64,000 nucleotides of DNA, taken from NCBI GenBank assembly GCA_964356795.1, contig CAYHIK010000002.1, positions 26,600 through 90,599 of the forward strand, read 5' to 3'. Below, in pieces: positions 48,679 to 57,474 of the stretch (positions within the stretch are counted from its first letter, which is position 1; each line of letters opens with the position of its first letter). Source of the stretch: an uncultured Candidatus Saccharibacteria bacterium. Its GTDB lineage: Bacteria > Patescibacteriota > Minisyncoccia > 2-02-FULL-40-12 > GWA2-44-9. The notes under the pieces were generated by a model that was not told where the DNA came from, ran no database searches, and saw only the letters and a list, made by a program, of their open reading frames with translations. Position numbers and translations under genes: made by a program.

Positions 48679-48827
48679 AGCTACGCATCTCCTGTTTGGT
48701 GACACATCCCTTGCGGGACACATCGGTTGGACAGCTTTTCAACGTACTCTTAAATTATAGCACATATAAAACAAAAAGGCAAGACTAAAAACTGGCTTAT
48801 TTTATATGTTTTTGTTAGCATACCTCC

Positions 48828-49913
48828 ATGTCACTCTCCATCGGCATCGTAGGACTTCCGAACGTCGGCAAGTCGACGCTCTTCAAAGCCGTCACCAACA
48901 AACAAATAGATATCCAAAACTACCCCTTCACCACTATTGAGCCAAACGTGGGGATTGTTGAGGTTCCCGATGAGCGCGTTGACGCGCTTTCCGAGCTCTC
49001 CAAGTCAGCGAAGAAGCTCTACGCCACTATTGAATTCACCGACATCGCCGGACTCGTGAAGGGTGCGAGCCAAGGGGAAGGTTTGGGAAATAAATTCCTT
49101 GCCAACATCCGCGAAGTCGATGCTATCGCGCAAGTGGTTCGCGCGTTTGAATCGGGCGATATTATTCACGTGCACGAACACGTAGACCCCGTGCGCGATA
49201 TCGGCATCATCAACGCCGAGCTCATCATTGCCGACCTCGACACCGTCTCCAAGCGTCTCGCCACTACCGAAGCGAAAGCAAGAAACGACAAAGTCGCCCG
49301 CGATCAAATCCCCCATCTGCAGAAGATTGCCGAGGCACTTCAACGCGGCTCGCTCTTGAGTCAGATAGAACTTTCCAGCGATGAGCAGGCGCTCGCCAAA
49401 GAATTGAGCCTTCTCACTGCCAAGAAATTTATTTACGTCATCAACGTTTCTGATACTCAACTTGCCGAAGACTGGAAACCATCCGCCGAATTACTCACCG
49501 CCATGAATGGCTCCGAATATGTGGCGATGTGCAACAAGCTCGAGCTCGAACTTTCCGAAGTATCTCATGATGAAAAAGCGAAGTTTCTCTCCGAGCTTGG
49601 ACTTCCCGAGAGTGGCCTTGATCGGCTCATCCGAGAGGCGTATCACACGCTCGGGCTCGTATCATTCCTCACCACGGGACCCGATGAAACGCGCGCATGG
49701 ACTGCACATATCGGCGATCTCATCCCCAAAGCATCGCGCGCAATTCACACTGATTTTGAGCGACTCTTCATTCGCGCTGAAGTCATCAATTGGAAAGATC
49801 TCCTCGAGTGCGGTGGCTACGGCGTCGCGCGATCCAAAGGACTCCTCCACACCGTTGGTAAAGATTATGTCATCCGCGACGGTGATGTCGTCGAAATTCT
49901 GATTGGGAAATAG
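48828..49913 (+). CDS. ychF: Ribosome-binding ATPase YchF (Obg-family GTPase, OLA1-like)
   Basis: [24 protein letters not shown]1 motif and C-terminal TGS domain; 361 aa. Confidence 0.9.
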   Translation: MSLSIGIVGLPNVGKSTLFKAVTNKQIDIQNYPFTTIEPNVGIVEVPDERVDALSELSKSAKKLYATIEFTDIAGLVKGASQGEGLGNKFLANIREVDAIAQVVRAFESGDIIHVHEHVDPVRDIGIINAELIIADLDTVSKRLATTEAKARNDKVARDQIPHLQKIAEALQRGSLLSQIELSSDEQALAKELSLLTAKKFIYVINVSDTQLAEDWKPSAELLTAMNGSEYVAMCNKLELELSEVSHDEKAKFLSELGLPESGLDRLIREAYHTLGLVSFLTTGPDETRAWTAHIGDLIPKASRAIHTDFERLFIRAEVINWKDLLECGGYGVARSKGLLHTVGKDYVIRDGDVVEILIGK

Positions 49914-49962
49914 ACAAAATTAAAACGGGGACCGAAGTCCCCGTTGCGGCCGAGATGGCCGC
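49914..49962 (-). terminator. Rho-independent terminator of the 49975..50187 gene (ACGGGGAC-uucg-GUCCCCGU + UUUUAAUUUUG), plus a second small hairpin
   Basis: Read on the minus strand directly 3' of the TAG at 49975-49977. Confidence 0.75.
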
Positions 49963-49974
49963 GGTACTGCACTG

Positions 49975-50187
49975 CTACTTGGCGGTGGGCTTGGGCAGGT
50001 AGCGCTGGCCCTTGACCCCGGCGCCCCGCGTGCCGGTGACGCGCTTGCCGTTGCTGGCGAGCACCGGGTGCCCGCCCTTGTACACCACCGGCTCGCCGGC
50101 GGCGACCGAGAGCTTCTTGGTCATGCGCTTGCGCGCGGCCATCACGCGACGGCCCTCGGCGGTCATCGGACGGGTCGTGCTCTTCAT
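49975..50187 (-). CDS. 70-aa basic small protein with KGG-type motif (stress-induced KGG-repeat-like)
   Basis: RBS AAGAGG upstream of ATG 50187; sequence MKSTTRPMTAEGRRVMAARKRMTKKLSVAAGEPVVYKGGHPVLASNGKRVTGTRGAGVKGQRYLPKPTAK. The ORF-table start 50379 overlaps the rpsF promoter. Confidence 0.5.
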   Translation of the reverse strand: MKSTTRPMTAEGRRVMAARKRMTKKLSVAAGEPVVYKGGHPVLASNGKRVTGTRGAGVKGQRYLPKPTAK

Positions 50188-50280
50188 TTCTTCTGCCTCT
50201 TTCTGGCCCCTAGGGCCTGAAACGAACTGTCTTAAGTTAATATTAGCATATATGGGAATAAATGTCAATAGGGTCAATAG

Positions 50281-50309
50281 TTGACTTTTTCCCGCATCAT
50301 TGCTATATT
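50281..50309 (+). promoter_or_regulatory. Sigma70-like promoter of the rpsF-ssb-rpsR operon (-35 TTGACT, 17 bp, -10 TATATT)
   Basis: Consensus-like elements ~70 nt upstream of rpsF. Confidence 0.6.
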
Positions 50310-50377
50310 TTACGGGTATAAACCATGCCCCATTGGGGCAATATCCTTGTTTCCGAAAGGAATCGGGATGAATCCAC

Positions 50378-50836
50378 ATGGCAGAATCTAGAAACTACGA
50401 GTTCGCCTACCACGTGACCGCTGAATTAGACGAGGCCCGCATACCTCAAATTCAGCAGGAAGTGGAGGCACTCATTCAGAAGAGCGGAGGTATTATCACC
50501 TTCGCACAACAGCCGGAACGCCGGAAGTTGTCGTATGAAATTAAGCACCAGCGACAGAGCTTTTTCGCGTGGGTACAGTTCACCACCGAGAACACTGAGC
50601 TCATCGCGGAGCTCGATGAGTGGGCACGCTTGCACCCCGAGGTGCTTCGCCACATCGTCTTGAAGCTCGAGCCAGAGTCAGATAAGCGTGCAGCGAAGCA
50701 GGCTGAGCATTTGGAGCGCAAAGCTGCAAAGGCCGCCAAAGAAGGCGCCGCAGTGAAGAAAGTTGCTACGGAAAAGAAAGCAGAAGATACCGGCAAGCTC
50801 GAACAGCAGATTGAGGACGTGATTGGAAACCTCTAA
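50378..50836 (+). CDS. rpsF: 30S ribosomal protein S6 (with acidic/Lys C-terminal tail)
   Basis: MAESRNYEFAYHV...; conserved rpsF-ssb-rpsR order. Confidence 0.85.
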   Translation: MAESRNYEFAYHVTAELDEARIPQIQQEVEALIQKSGGIITFAQQPERRKLSYEIKHQRQSFFAWVQFTTENTELIAELDEWARLHPEVLRHIVLKLEPESDKRAAKQAEHLERKAAKAAKEGAAVKKVATEKKAEDTGKLEQQIEDVIGNL

Positions 50837-50847
50837 TCCACCCACCC

Positions 50848-51360
50848 ATGAATCTCAATAAAGTACTTCTCATCGGTCGGCTCACTCAAGATCCCGAAGT
50901 ACGCACCACCCCAAGCGGGCAATCCGTCACCACGGTGAAGCTTGCGACGAATCGCGTATGGAATGATCAGGCCACAAAGCAGAAGCGTGAAGCGACCGAG
51001 TTTCACACGATTATCTGCTGGGGACGACTCGCAGAAATCTGTGGTCAGTACCTCAAGAAGGGTTCGCTCGCAATGTTCGAAGGACGCCTACAGACTCGCT
51101 CATGGGACGACAAAACCAGCGGGCAGAAGCGCTATACCACAGAAATCGTTGCCGAGAACATGCAAATCGGACCTCGCCCCGCAGGAGCCCCCTATCAAGG
51201 CGGTGCGCCCGTGGCAGACATCCGACGCGCGGCACCAAGTCGCCCAGCGCCATCGGCAAATGCTGAGCCCGACATCCCTGTCATTAATGAGGACGAGCTC
51301 ACCATGGCAGGCATCGAAGAAGAGCCAAAGCCAATTAAAGATACTGACTTACCTTTCTAG
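50848..51360 (+). CDS. ssb: Single-stranded DNA-binding protein
   Basis: OB-fold N-terminus MNLNKVLLIGRLTQDPEVRTTPSGQSVTTVKLATNR and acidic C-terminal tip ...DTDLPF. Confidence 0.9.
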   Translation: MNLNKVLLIGRLTQDPEVRTTPSGQSVTTVKLATNRVWNDQATKQKREATEFHTIICWGRLAEICGQYLKKGSLAMFEGRLQTRSWDDKTSGQKRYTTEIVAENMQIGPRPAGAPYQGGAPVADIRRAAPSRPAPSANAEPDIPVINEDELTMAGIEEEPKPIKDTDLPF

Positions 51361-51437
51361 GCCCTAGGCAACTAGGCGTTAGGCACTAGCTCAGAAAGCT
51401 AACGCCTAAAGCCTAAAATCCTAACGCCTTCCCTAAC

Positions 51438-51653
51438 ATGAAACGAACAATTCTTCACGGAGACAATCTTGCAAAAGTCGACTACAAAGACGTCGCACTT
51501 CTTCGCAAGTTTGTGACCTCCGAATTCAAGATTAAGAATGCAAAGCGCACTCGCTTGTCCGACAAGGACCAGCGCCGCGTTGCAAACGCAATCAAGATTG
51601 CACGCTTTATGGCACTCATGCCGTACACGCGCAATCAGACAGTAAAGTCCTAA
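51438..51653 (+). CDS. rpsR: 30S ribosomal protein S18
   Basis: DYKDVALLRKFVTSEFKI...RLSDKDQRRVANAIKIARFMALMPY. Confidence 0.9.
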   Translation: MKRTILHGDNLAKVDYKDVALLRKFVTSEFKIKNAKRTRLSDKDQRRVANAIKIARFMALMPYTRNQTVKS

Positions 51654-51699
51654 TGAGTCATGAGCGGGTCTGCGCCTCTGGCTTGACCCCTTCCTGTGT

Positions 51700-51728
51700 C
51701 ACTCACGACGTCCCGCCTTTGGCGGGAC
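51700..51728 (+). terminator. Probable terminator of rpsR (GTCCCGCC-ttt-GGCGGGAC + T-rich)
   Basis: 8-bp GC stem; weak U-tract. Confidence 0.4.
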
Positions 51729-51947
51729 TGTTCGTTCCTACCTCCCCAGCCCTCCTCATGCACGGCCTCTGGCCTCTCGCTCAAGATAATCGCTCGGACC
51801 TCGTCGGGGTTGCGGATTCTATTTTTCTCGAATCTGACGACAAGCATCAGCGGTATGCGCGTAATGTTCAGTTGCTGTACCAAAGCCGAGCGAACAGCGA
51901 TGGCGACGTTACGCACCCTGAACGAGCGCGCATACTGCTGATGTTGC

Positions 51948-51980
51948 ATTAAAGAAAAACGCTCCCATACGGGGGCGTTT
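51948..51980 (-). terminator. Rho-independent terminator of the 51994..52200 gene
   Basis: AAACGCCCCC-guau-GGGAGCGUUU followed by UUCUUUAAU on the minus strand. Confidence 0.7.
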
Positions 51981-51993
51981 GCGTTGCGATGCA

Positions 51994-52200
51994 TCAGAAG
52001 TCGCTTCCACCTTCATTCGTGGTGTGGGAGCCCATTTTGAGCTTTGCACCGCATCCAGGGCAGGTGAACGGGAGGCGGTCGATGCTCTGTGGGGAAATCA
52101 GACGCAAACAGACGCTGCAGTAGTAGAATCCGTAATGCCCCTGATCACACGTTCGAGACTCGATCGTACCACTCGTTTCAGGAGTAATTTCGTATGGCAT
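51994..52200 (-). CDS. 68-aa Cys4 zinc-ribbon protein
   Basis: C..C...YYCSVC...CPGC; RBS GAGGAGGG upstream of ATG 52200; own terminator. Confidence 0.55.
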   Translation of the reverse strand: MPYEITPETSGTIESRTCDQGHYGFYYCSVCLRLISPQSIDRLPFTCPGCGAKLKMGSHTTNEGGSDF

Positions 52201-52492
52201 ACGCCCTCCTCAAAGAACAGCCCCACGAGCGTATCAGTGCCATCAGATAACAACAAGACCCCCACATGGGAGGTCTTTACATCAGAATGGAATCGCGGAT
52301 GGGAATGAATGGTAAAAAAGAGCGAAGAACCGGGAATGAGCTGTACTCCCTAACGTCAGAGCTCGAAGCTGGGCCGCTTCTTAATCAGCCTCTCGATAGA
52401 CGCTTGCGCCCATCGGCCTCATGGCTCAACCCGGCATGAGTATAATAGCACATCAAATTTATACGTCAAGTATATCTGCGCACAAAGAGAAT

Positions 52493-52588
52493 CGATGTGC
52501 CTTGTAAGGGGCTTTCGGAGCGCGACGGCGCGAGAACGAGACGGCTCGGCAGTAAGCCGAGAACGTCGTACCCGAACAAGGCATGTCG
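52493..52588 (-). ncRNA. Conserved structured element copy B, 3' of recA (same orientation relative to its gene as copy A); internal hairpin CTCGGC-ttact-GCCGAG
   Basis: Reverse complement of 52500..52581 aligns to 44492..44574; hairpin stem differs by six compensatory substitutions; own 9-bp outer stem with two G-U pairs; U-rich tract follows on the minus strand. Confidence 0.45.
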
Positions 52589-52621
52589 AGTCTATTTGGG
52601 AGTAGCCCTAGTTACCGCTTC

Positions 52622-53689
52622 CTAGCGCTTGAAGACCTTGGGACCCATTTCGCCCTTCAACGGCTCCGCATCTACCACCGCTGATGCAGTATAAATCTTG
52701 ACGCTGATTTCTTTCTCAATCTTGGGATTCTCCTTGAGGAAGTTGCGGGCGCCCTCCATACCCTGCCCCAACTTCTCGCCATTGTAGGAGTACCAGCTTC
52801 CCTGCTTTTCGACGACACCAAACTGAATGCCAGCGTTGATGATATCGGCATGGCCAGAGATTCCTTCGTTGTAGAGAATATCAAACTCGCAGGTGCGGAA
52901 TGGCGCGGCAACCTTGTTCTTTACGATCTTCACCTTCACGCGATTGCCCACGATTTTCTCGCCTGACTGAATCTGTGCCGCACGGCGAATCTCGACGCGA
53001 ACCGATGAATAAAACTTAAGTGCCAATCCACCCGTGGTCGTCTCGGGATTCCCGAACATGACGCCAATCTTCTGGCGGATTTGGTTAATGAAAAGGACGG
53101 TTGTATTTGTCTTCGACACCACACCTGTGAGCTTGCGCAACGCATGCGACATGAGTCGTGCCTGAAGTCCGACGTGCTGCTGGTCCATTTCGCCTTCAAT
53201 TTCTGCCCGTGGCGTAAGCGCAGCAACGGAGTCGATGACCACCAGCGAGATGCCGCCAGACTTCACGAGTGTCTCCACAATCTCGAGCGCCTGTTCGCCG
53301 TTATCTGGCTGTGAGATGAGAAGATCCTGAACCTTCACGCCAATCTTTTTTGCGTATTCGGGATCGAGCGCGTGTTCAGCATCCACGTATGCAGCGATAC
53401 CGCCAATCTTTTGCACCTCTGATACAAGATGGAGCGCGAGGGTCGTTTTACCAGATGATTCAGGTCCATACACCTCCACGACGCGTCCGCGAGGCATACC
53501 GCCAACACCAAGTGCGATATCAAGCGAGATAGAGCCAGTTGGAATCACATCAACATCTACCTTCCTGGCGTCGCCGAGTTTCATGATACTTCCTTCGCCG
53601 TATTTCTCCTGAATCTCGCGCACCGCAAGTGATACGTGCTTGTTCTCCGATACATCCGCTGATACTTTTTTGTCGTCTTTCTTTGCCAT
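52622..53689 (-). CDS. recA: Recombinase RecA
   Basis: Walker [14 protein letters not shown]1/L2 loops, 355 aa. Confidence 0.95.
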   Translation of the reverse strand: MAKKDDKKVSADVSENKHVSLAVREIQEKYGEGSIMKLGDARKVDVDVIPTGSISLDIALGVGGMPRGRVVEVYGPESSGKTTLALHLVSEVQKIGGIAAYVDAEHALDPEYAKKIGVKVQDLLISQPDNGEQALEIVETLVKSGGISLVVIDSVAALTPRAEIEGEMDQQHVGLQARLMSHALRKLTGVVSKTNTTVLFINQIRQKIGVMFGNPETTTGGLALKFYSSVRVEIRRAAQIQSGEKIVGNRVKVKIVKNKVAAPFRTCEFDILYNEGISGHADIINAGIQFGVVEKQGSWYSYNGEKLGQGMEGARNFLKENPKIEKEISVKIYTASAVVDAEPLKGEMGPKVFKR

Positions 53690-53763
53690 GGTGTATGGAT
53701 AAATTAGTTATGCCAGCATACCAATCATGGCGCACGATGCAAGTGTATCCACAATTACCATAT

Positions 53764-53794
53764 GAAAAAGCGGTGGGTAGACGTCTACCCACCG
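53764..53794 (-). terminator. Rho-independent terminator of the ABC operon (perfect 24-bp palindrome CGGTGGGTAGACGTCTACCCACCG + CUUUUUC)
   Basis: Immediately 3' of the ATPase stop 53802-53804 on the minus strand. Confidence 0.8.
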
Positions 53795-53801
53795 CTGCGC
53801 C

Positions 53802-54623
53802 TCACTTGAGATTTCTGAATTCGGACTTGATCTGCGCCGAGAACTCCAGCAACCTCGGGTTCAGGTGCAGGTCCGGTTGCCACGCCAATCCCTCGACAAT
53901 CAAGTCATACTCACGCACGACCGTCGCGCCTGGAATGCGTTTACCCTCTCCGTCTTTCTCCAGGCCGAGCAACCAGATAGTGTCGGCGATGGTACAAGCC
54001 GCCGTCACATCGTGAGTGACGACAATGATGGTACTGAGCTCGTCGGCCGACGCTACCTCAGTGATGAGCTTCGTGACGTTCTCCAGCATGATGACATCCA
54101 GCCCGGAGAACGGCTCATCCATCAGGAGGAAGTGCTCACTGCACAATAGTTGCTGCGCAATCGCCAACCGCTGACGCTGACCCCCCGACAACTGACTCGG
54201 GTAGAGATCGCGACGTTCGGTGAGACCGAACCGCTCGAGCATCTCATCCGCTTTCATGCGGATGTCCTTGCCTTTCAGGCCCCGCTGTCGTGTCGCGAAG
54301 TACAGGTTGCCTCGCACCGTCAGGAACTTCAGGAGCGGGTAGTGCTGGGCCACAACACCCACGAGTCCGTCCGGCGACCGGTCGCCATGCTCGTTGATAG
54401 TCACCGTACCTTCAGTTGGACGTCGCAGACCCGCGAGGATCTTGAAGAGCTGCGTCTTCCCGATACCCGAAGGCCCAAGGAGCGCAACGACCTGGCCCTG
54501 GGTGAATCCAGGACGGACGATGTTATCAATCCGAAGGTTGATATTGCGCAAGATACGCGAACCACCCAGAACGAGGCCAACGCCCTCGGCTTTCAGAAGT
54601 GTCTCTTGTCGAGTGTAGTTCAT
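53802..54623 (-). CDS. ABC transporter ATP-binding protein (NitT/TauT nitrate/sulfonate/taurine-type)
   Basis: Walker A GPSGIGKT, LSGGQRQR signature, Walker B LLMDEPFSGLD. Confidence 0.85.
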   Translation of the reverse strand: MNYTRQETLLKAEGVGLVLGGSRILRNINLRIDNIVRPGFTQGQVVALLGPSGIGKTQLFKILAGLRRPTEGTVTINEHGDRSPDGLVGVVAQHYPLLKFLTVRGNLYFATRQRGLKGKDIRMKADEMLERFGLTERRDLYPSQLSGGQRQRLAIAQQLLCSEHFLLMDEPFSGLDVIMLENVTKLITEVASADELSTIIVVTHDVTAACTIADTIWLLGLEKDGEGKRIPGATVVREYDLIVEGLAWQPDLHLNPRLLEFSAQIKSEFRNLK

Positions 54624-54627
54624 GGCC

Positions 54628-55419
54628 TCACCCCTTCACCGTGGCAAGCGCCGCATATGGACACGCGCGGTTCTTGAGCCAGCCAATGACGGCATCCATG
54701 CCCAGCCCGAGCAGAAGGATGCACAGCTGTACGGCGAACACCGCATCCAGGTTGAAGTGCTTGTTCTGGTTGAGCAGCAGCGCACCGACGCCGCCCTCAC
54801 CCCTGCTGAGTCCCTCGACCATGGTCAGCATATTCCAGCCGATGGCGAAGTTCTGCCGAAGCGCCTCGATAGCGTCATCAAGCGTACCGCGTACGACGAC
54901 GTTCCAGACGAGCTGGGTGCGCGACATGCGAAGCGTACGTGCGTAGTCCAGGTCGTCGGTCGGAATGGATACCACAATGGCGGCCATCGAAGTCGTGTAG
55001 AACACGGTCATCCCAAACACCAAGAGCGCTACCTTGAACTGGTGCCCGCCCTTGAGGTATAGCGTGAATAGGAACGTGAGCCCCACAAGTCCAAGAAAGC
55101 GGCCCTTGGAGATGAGCGTAACGATTGGCCTGAACATCGGAATCACCGAAAGATATGCCATCGCCAGCGACAACAACACAGTCAACGCAATTGCGTGTAG
55201 GTTGAGTATGAAGCTCGTGACGAGCTCGCGACCCAGGCCCTCTTCCATCCACATCCGACCCAGTGCAGAAAGCACCTCGGGTGGCGTGGGGATGACATCC
55301 GATGGCATACACCACCACAACATCATGGCCAGAAAGGCCTGACTTGCGGCAGTGAGCGCCATCACCGATGGCGAGACAACACCGAACGGCAACATTAATT
55401 GCCGCAGCGCCTTGCCCAT
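54628..55419 (-). CDS. ABC transporter permease (NitT/TauT family)
   Basis: 6 TM; RBS AAGGAGGA upstream of ATG 55419 (the ORF-table N-terminal 20 aa extension is unlikely). Confidence 0.8.
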   Translation of the reverse strand: MGKALRQLMLPFGVVSPSVMALTAASQAFLAMMLWWCMPSDVIPTPPEVLSALGRMWMEEGLGRELVTSFILNLHAIALTVLLSLAMAYLSVIPMFRPIVTLISKGRFLGLVGLTFLFTLYLKGGHQFKVALLVFGMTVFYTTSMAAIVVSIPTDDLDYARTLRMSRTQLVWNVVVRGTLDDAIEALRQNFAIGWNMLTMVEGLSRGEGGVGALLLNQNKHFNLDAVFAVQLCILLLGLGMDAVIGWLKNRACPYAALATVKG

Positions 55420-55492
55420 ACGTCCTCCTTCGATAATTATTAAACAGCTACCGCTTGCTCTCCGCTGAGCATCCCACACCTGTGAGCCGCTC

Positions 55493-55527
55493 AGAGAAAA
55501 GGCCCACCCCCCAACAGGAGGTGGGCC
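55493..55527 (-). terminator. Rho-independent terminator of the 604-aa gene (GGCCCACC-...-GGTGGGCC + UUUUCUCU)
   Basis: Perfect 8-bp stem on the minus strand between the high-GC island and the ABC operon. Confidence 0.8.
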
Positions 55528-55549
55528 AAACTATCGTCGATGTCAGAAC

Positions 55550-57364
55550 CTAGATGGTGCCCAGCACGATCTCGACGCGGCGGTTGCGGGCGCGTCCTGC
55601 GTCCGTCCCGTTGGACGCGATCGGGTTGGTCTGCCCGTGAGCATAGACCTCGATGCGTCCGGACGGGAAGAGGGTGGAGCTCTTCGCCTCCAGCCACTCC
55701 TTGACCGCGAAGGCCCGGGCTTCGGACAAGGTCTGGTTCGCATCGGCGTTCCCGACGTTGTCGGTGTGGCCGTGCACGATGACCTTGTAGTTGCCCTGGG
55801 TGATCTGCTGGTACAGCTCGTCGAGCGCCGATTGCGCCGCCGGGGTGAAGGACGCCTTGCCCGTCTCGAAGGTAATCGAGTAGGAGGCGCGCTTGCCTAC
55901 GACGTCACGAATCTGCGCGTTCGCGAACTGGTTTTCAGTGCGAAGCGTCACGGGACCCGCGAGACGAGAGACCTCGGCCACGTAGCTCGTGTCGATGGCC
56001 TCTTCGGCAGGCGGATACGTGGGCACATCGCCCGGGTAGTACTTCTTCACGTAGTTACCGAACAGCGTGTAGGTGGCGGCTGCCTTGTTGCCCTGGTAGG
56101 GCGGAAGACCGAACAACTCCAGCATGTCCGGCAGGTTGTTGACGTACGAACCGCCCAGCTCCACGGGGATGCCAAGCTTGTCGCTCTCGGTCACGCCCTT
56201 GTAGTAGCGCTCCCAGTACGCGGCATCCGAACCGTTCTCAGCGAAGACGACCTCGGCGACACGCGCGGCCTGTGAGAGCGCCTGCGGATACGCCTTGATC
56301 TGATCGCCGGCCTCGGCGATTGCACGGAACATATTGACGAAGGTTGCCCGGTTATCCTGGGCAAACTTGTCAATGACGATGATGGCGTTGGGCATCTGCG
56401 ACGCGTTCTCACGCGTCGACAGAATGTTGACCAGACCGCCACGCTGCTGCGCGACGTTCACGTCGCCGGGGGTCCAGGTGACCACGCCGTTGACGCACAC
56501 GTTCTTCGTTTCACCCGTGGGCTCATTCTTCAGACCCTTGACGACCTTTCGGTCTTCGCAGGCGCCGCCGATGTAGGACTGCGCGGCTTCGATGTATCCC
56601 GGGGTACTAACCCAGTTGATGGCGTCGGCGTTCCAGGTTGTCATGTCAGGGTTGATGGGGATGTCGTTCAGGGCAGCCCAGTAGACCGCGATGTTCCAGT
56701 CCCCGTCCTTGATGACGCCCGCTACGAGTGCGCCACGCGCCCTCTGCGGATCCTTCTTCCAGGCAGGTGGACCCATGAACTTGTCCTCTCCGCGCGAGTA
56801 GCCCGCTGAGCCGATCCACTTGGCCTGGTACTCGGGGCCCAACTTCTTGAGCTTGGGATTCACGCCCGCGAGGAACGAGGCGGCGCCATCACCCATGATG
56901 GCAACGCAGGGCGCGCCACCGGGGTTCGGGTCACCATCCTTGTAGCCCTTCGCAAACGCAAGGAGAGCGGCCTGCATCTTGTCGGGCCAATCCTGACGCT
57001 CGAACCGCAGATTGACGCCGTACTTGGCGTTCAACGATCCCTGCGTCGGAGTGGCGCCACCGTTGGCCAACAGCCAGCCGAGCTGACTGTTCCAGGCCCA
57101 GTGCAGACAGGTGAACTGCGGCCCCGACACCGAGGCCGAGCCCGCGGAGGGCAGCGACAGCGGAGCGGACGGGGTAGCCGTCGTGTTTGTCGTGGTGACG
57201 TCAGGCAGCGAGCCCTTTTCGGGAACCGCCGAACCGGACGCCTTCTTGGACGGCACGAGCTTGTCCAACAAGCCCGAGTCGTACGCCTTGTAGATGCCGA
57301 ACGAGACGAGGCTCACCACGCCAAACGTGATGATAGCCTTGCCCAGAGGCTTGATCTGCGCCAT
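55550..57364 (-). CDS. Membrane-anchored periplasmic protein: N-terminal TM, Ser/Thr/Pro linker, ~400-aa SBP-like (NMT1/SsuA-type?) domain, C-terminal OmpA/MotB peptidoglycan-binding domain; high GC
   Basis: C-terminus YKVIVHGHTDNVGNADANQTLSEARAFAVKEWL...RRVEIV is OmpA_C. N-terminal helix AIITFGVVSLVSFGIY. The middle-domain call is by eye. Confidence 0.8.
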   Translation of the reverse strand: MAQIKPLGKAIITFGVVSLVSFGIYKAYDSGLLDKLVPSKKASGSAVPEKGSLPDVTTTNTTATPSAPLSLPSAGSASVSGPQFTCLHWAWNSQLGWLLANGGATPTQGSLNAKYGVNLRFERQDWPDKMQAALLAFAKGYKDGDPNPGGAPCVAIMGDGAASFLAGVNPKLKKLGPEYQAKWIGSAGYSRGEDKFMGPPAWKKDPQRARGALVAGVIKDGDWNIAVYWAALNDIPINPDMTTWNADAINWVSTPGYIEAAQSYIGGACEDRKVVKGLKNEPTGETKNVCVNGVVTWTPGDVNVAQQRGGLVNILSTRENASQMPNAIIVIDKFAQDNRATFVNMFRAIAEAGDQIKAYPQALSQAARVAEVVFAENGSDAAYWERYYKGVTESDKLGIPVELGGSYVNNLPDMLELFGLPPYQGNKAAATYTLFGNYVKKYYPGDVPTYPPAEEAIDTSYVAEVSRLAGPVTLRTENQFANAQIRDVVGKRASYSITFETGKASFTPAAQSALDELYQQITQGNYKVIVHGHTDNVGNADANQTLSEARAFAVKEWLEAKSSTLFPSGRIEVYAHGQTNPIASNGTDAGRARNRRVEIVLGTI

Positions 57365-57420
57365 GACTTTCTATCTCCTTCTGAACGATACGAGTCAATT
57401 CCGATGCGGCAGAACGCCGC

Positions 57421-57463
57421 GTAAAAAGATACAGTTTCAGCCGGACGGGATTGCCCGGCTGAA
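57421..57463 (-). terminator. Rho-independent terminator of the 57475..58524 gene (UUUCAGCCGG-loop-CCGGCUGAAA + U-tract)
   Basis: Perfect 10-bp stem on the minus strand. Confidence 0.8.
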
Positions 57464-57474
57464 ACCGCGCCTCA

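Noticed and set aside
51650-51994. ORFs 51650..51994 (-) and 51653..51952 (+) between rpsR and the Zn-ribbon gene
   Set aside because: The minus-strand frame contains the terminator hairpin of the Zn-ribbon gene near its start and overlaps the rpsR end; the plus-strand frame would contain the rpsR terminator hairpin. Neither has an SD, so it was left unannotated as ambiguous.
53690-53800. LexA/SOS box upstream of recA
   Set aside because: Neither CTGT-N8-ACAG nor GAAC-N4-GTTC is present in the recA upstream region; only a sigma70-like promoter (TTGCAT-16-TATGCT) was seen.
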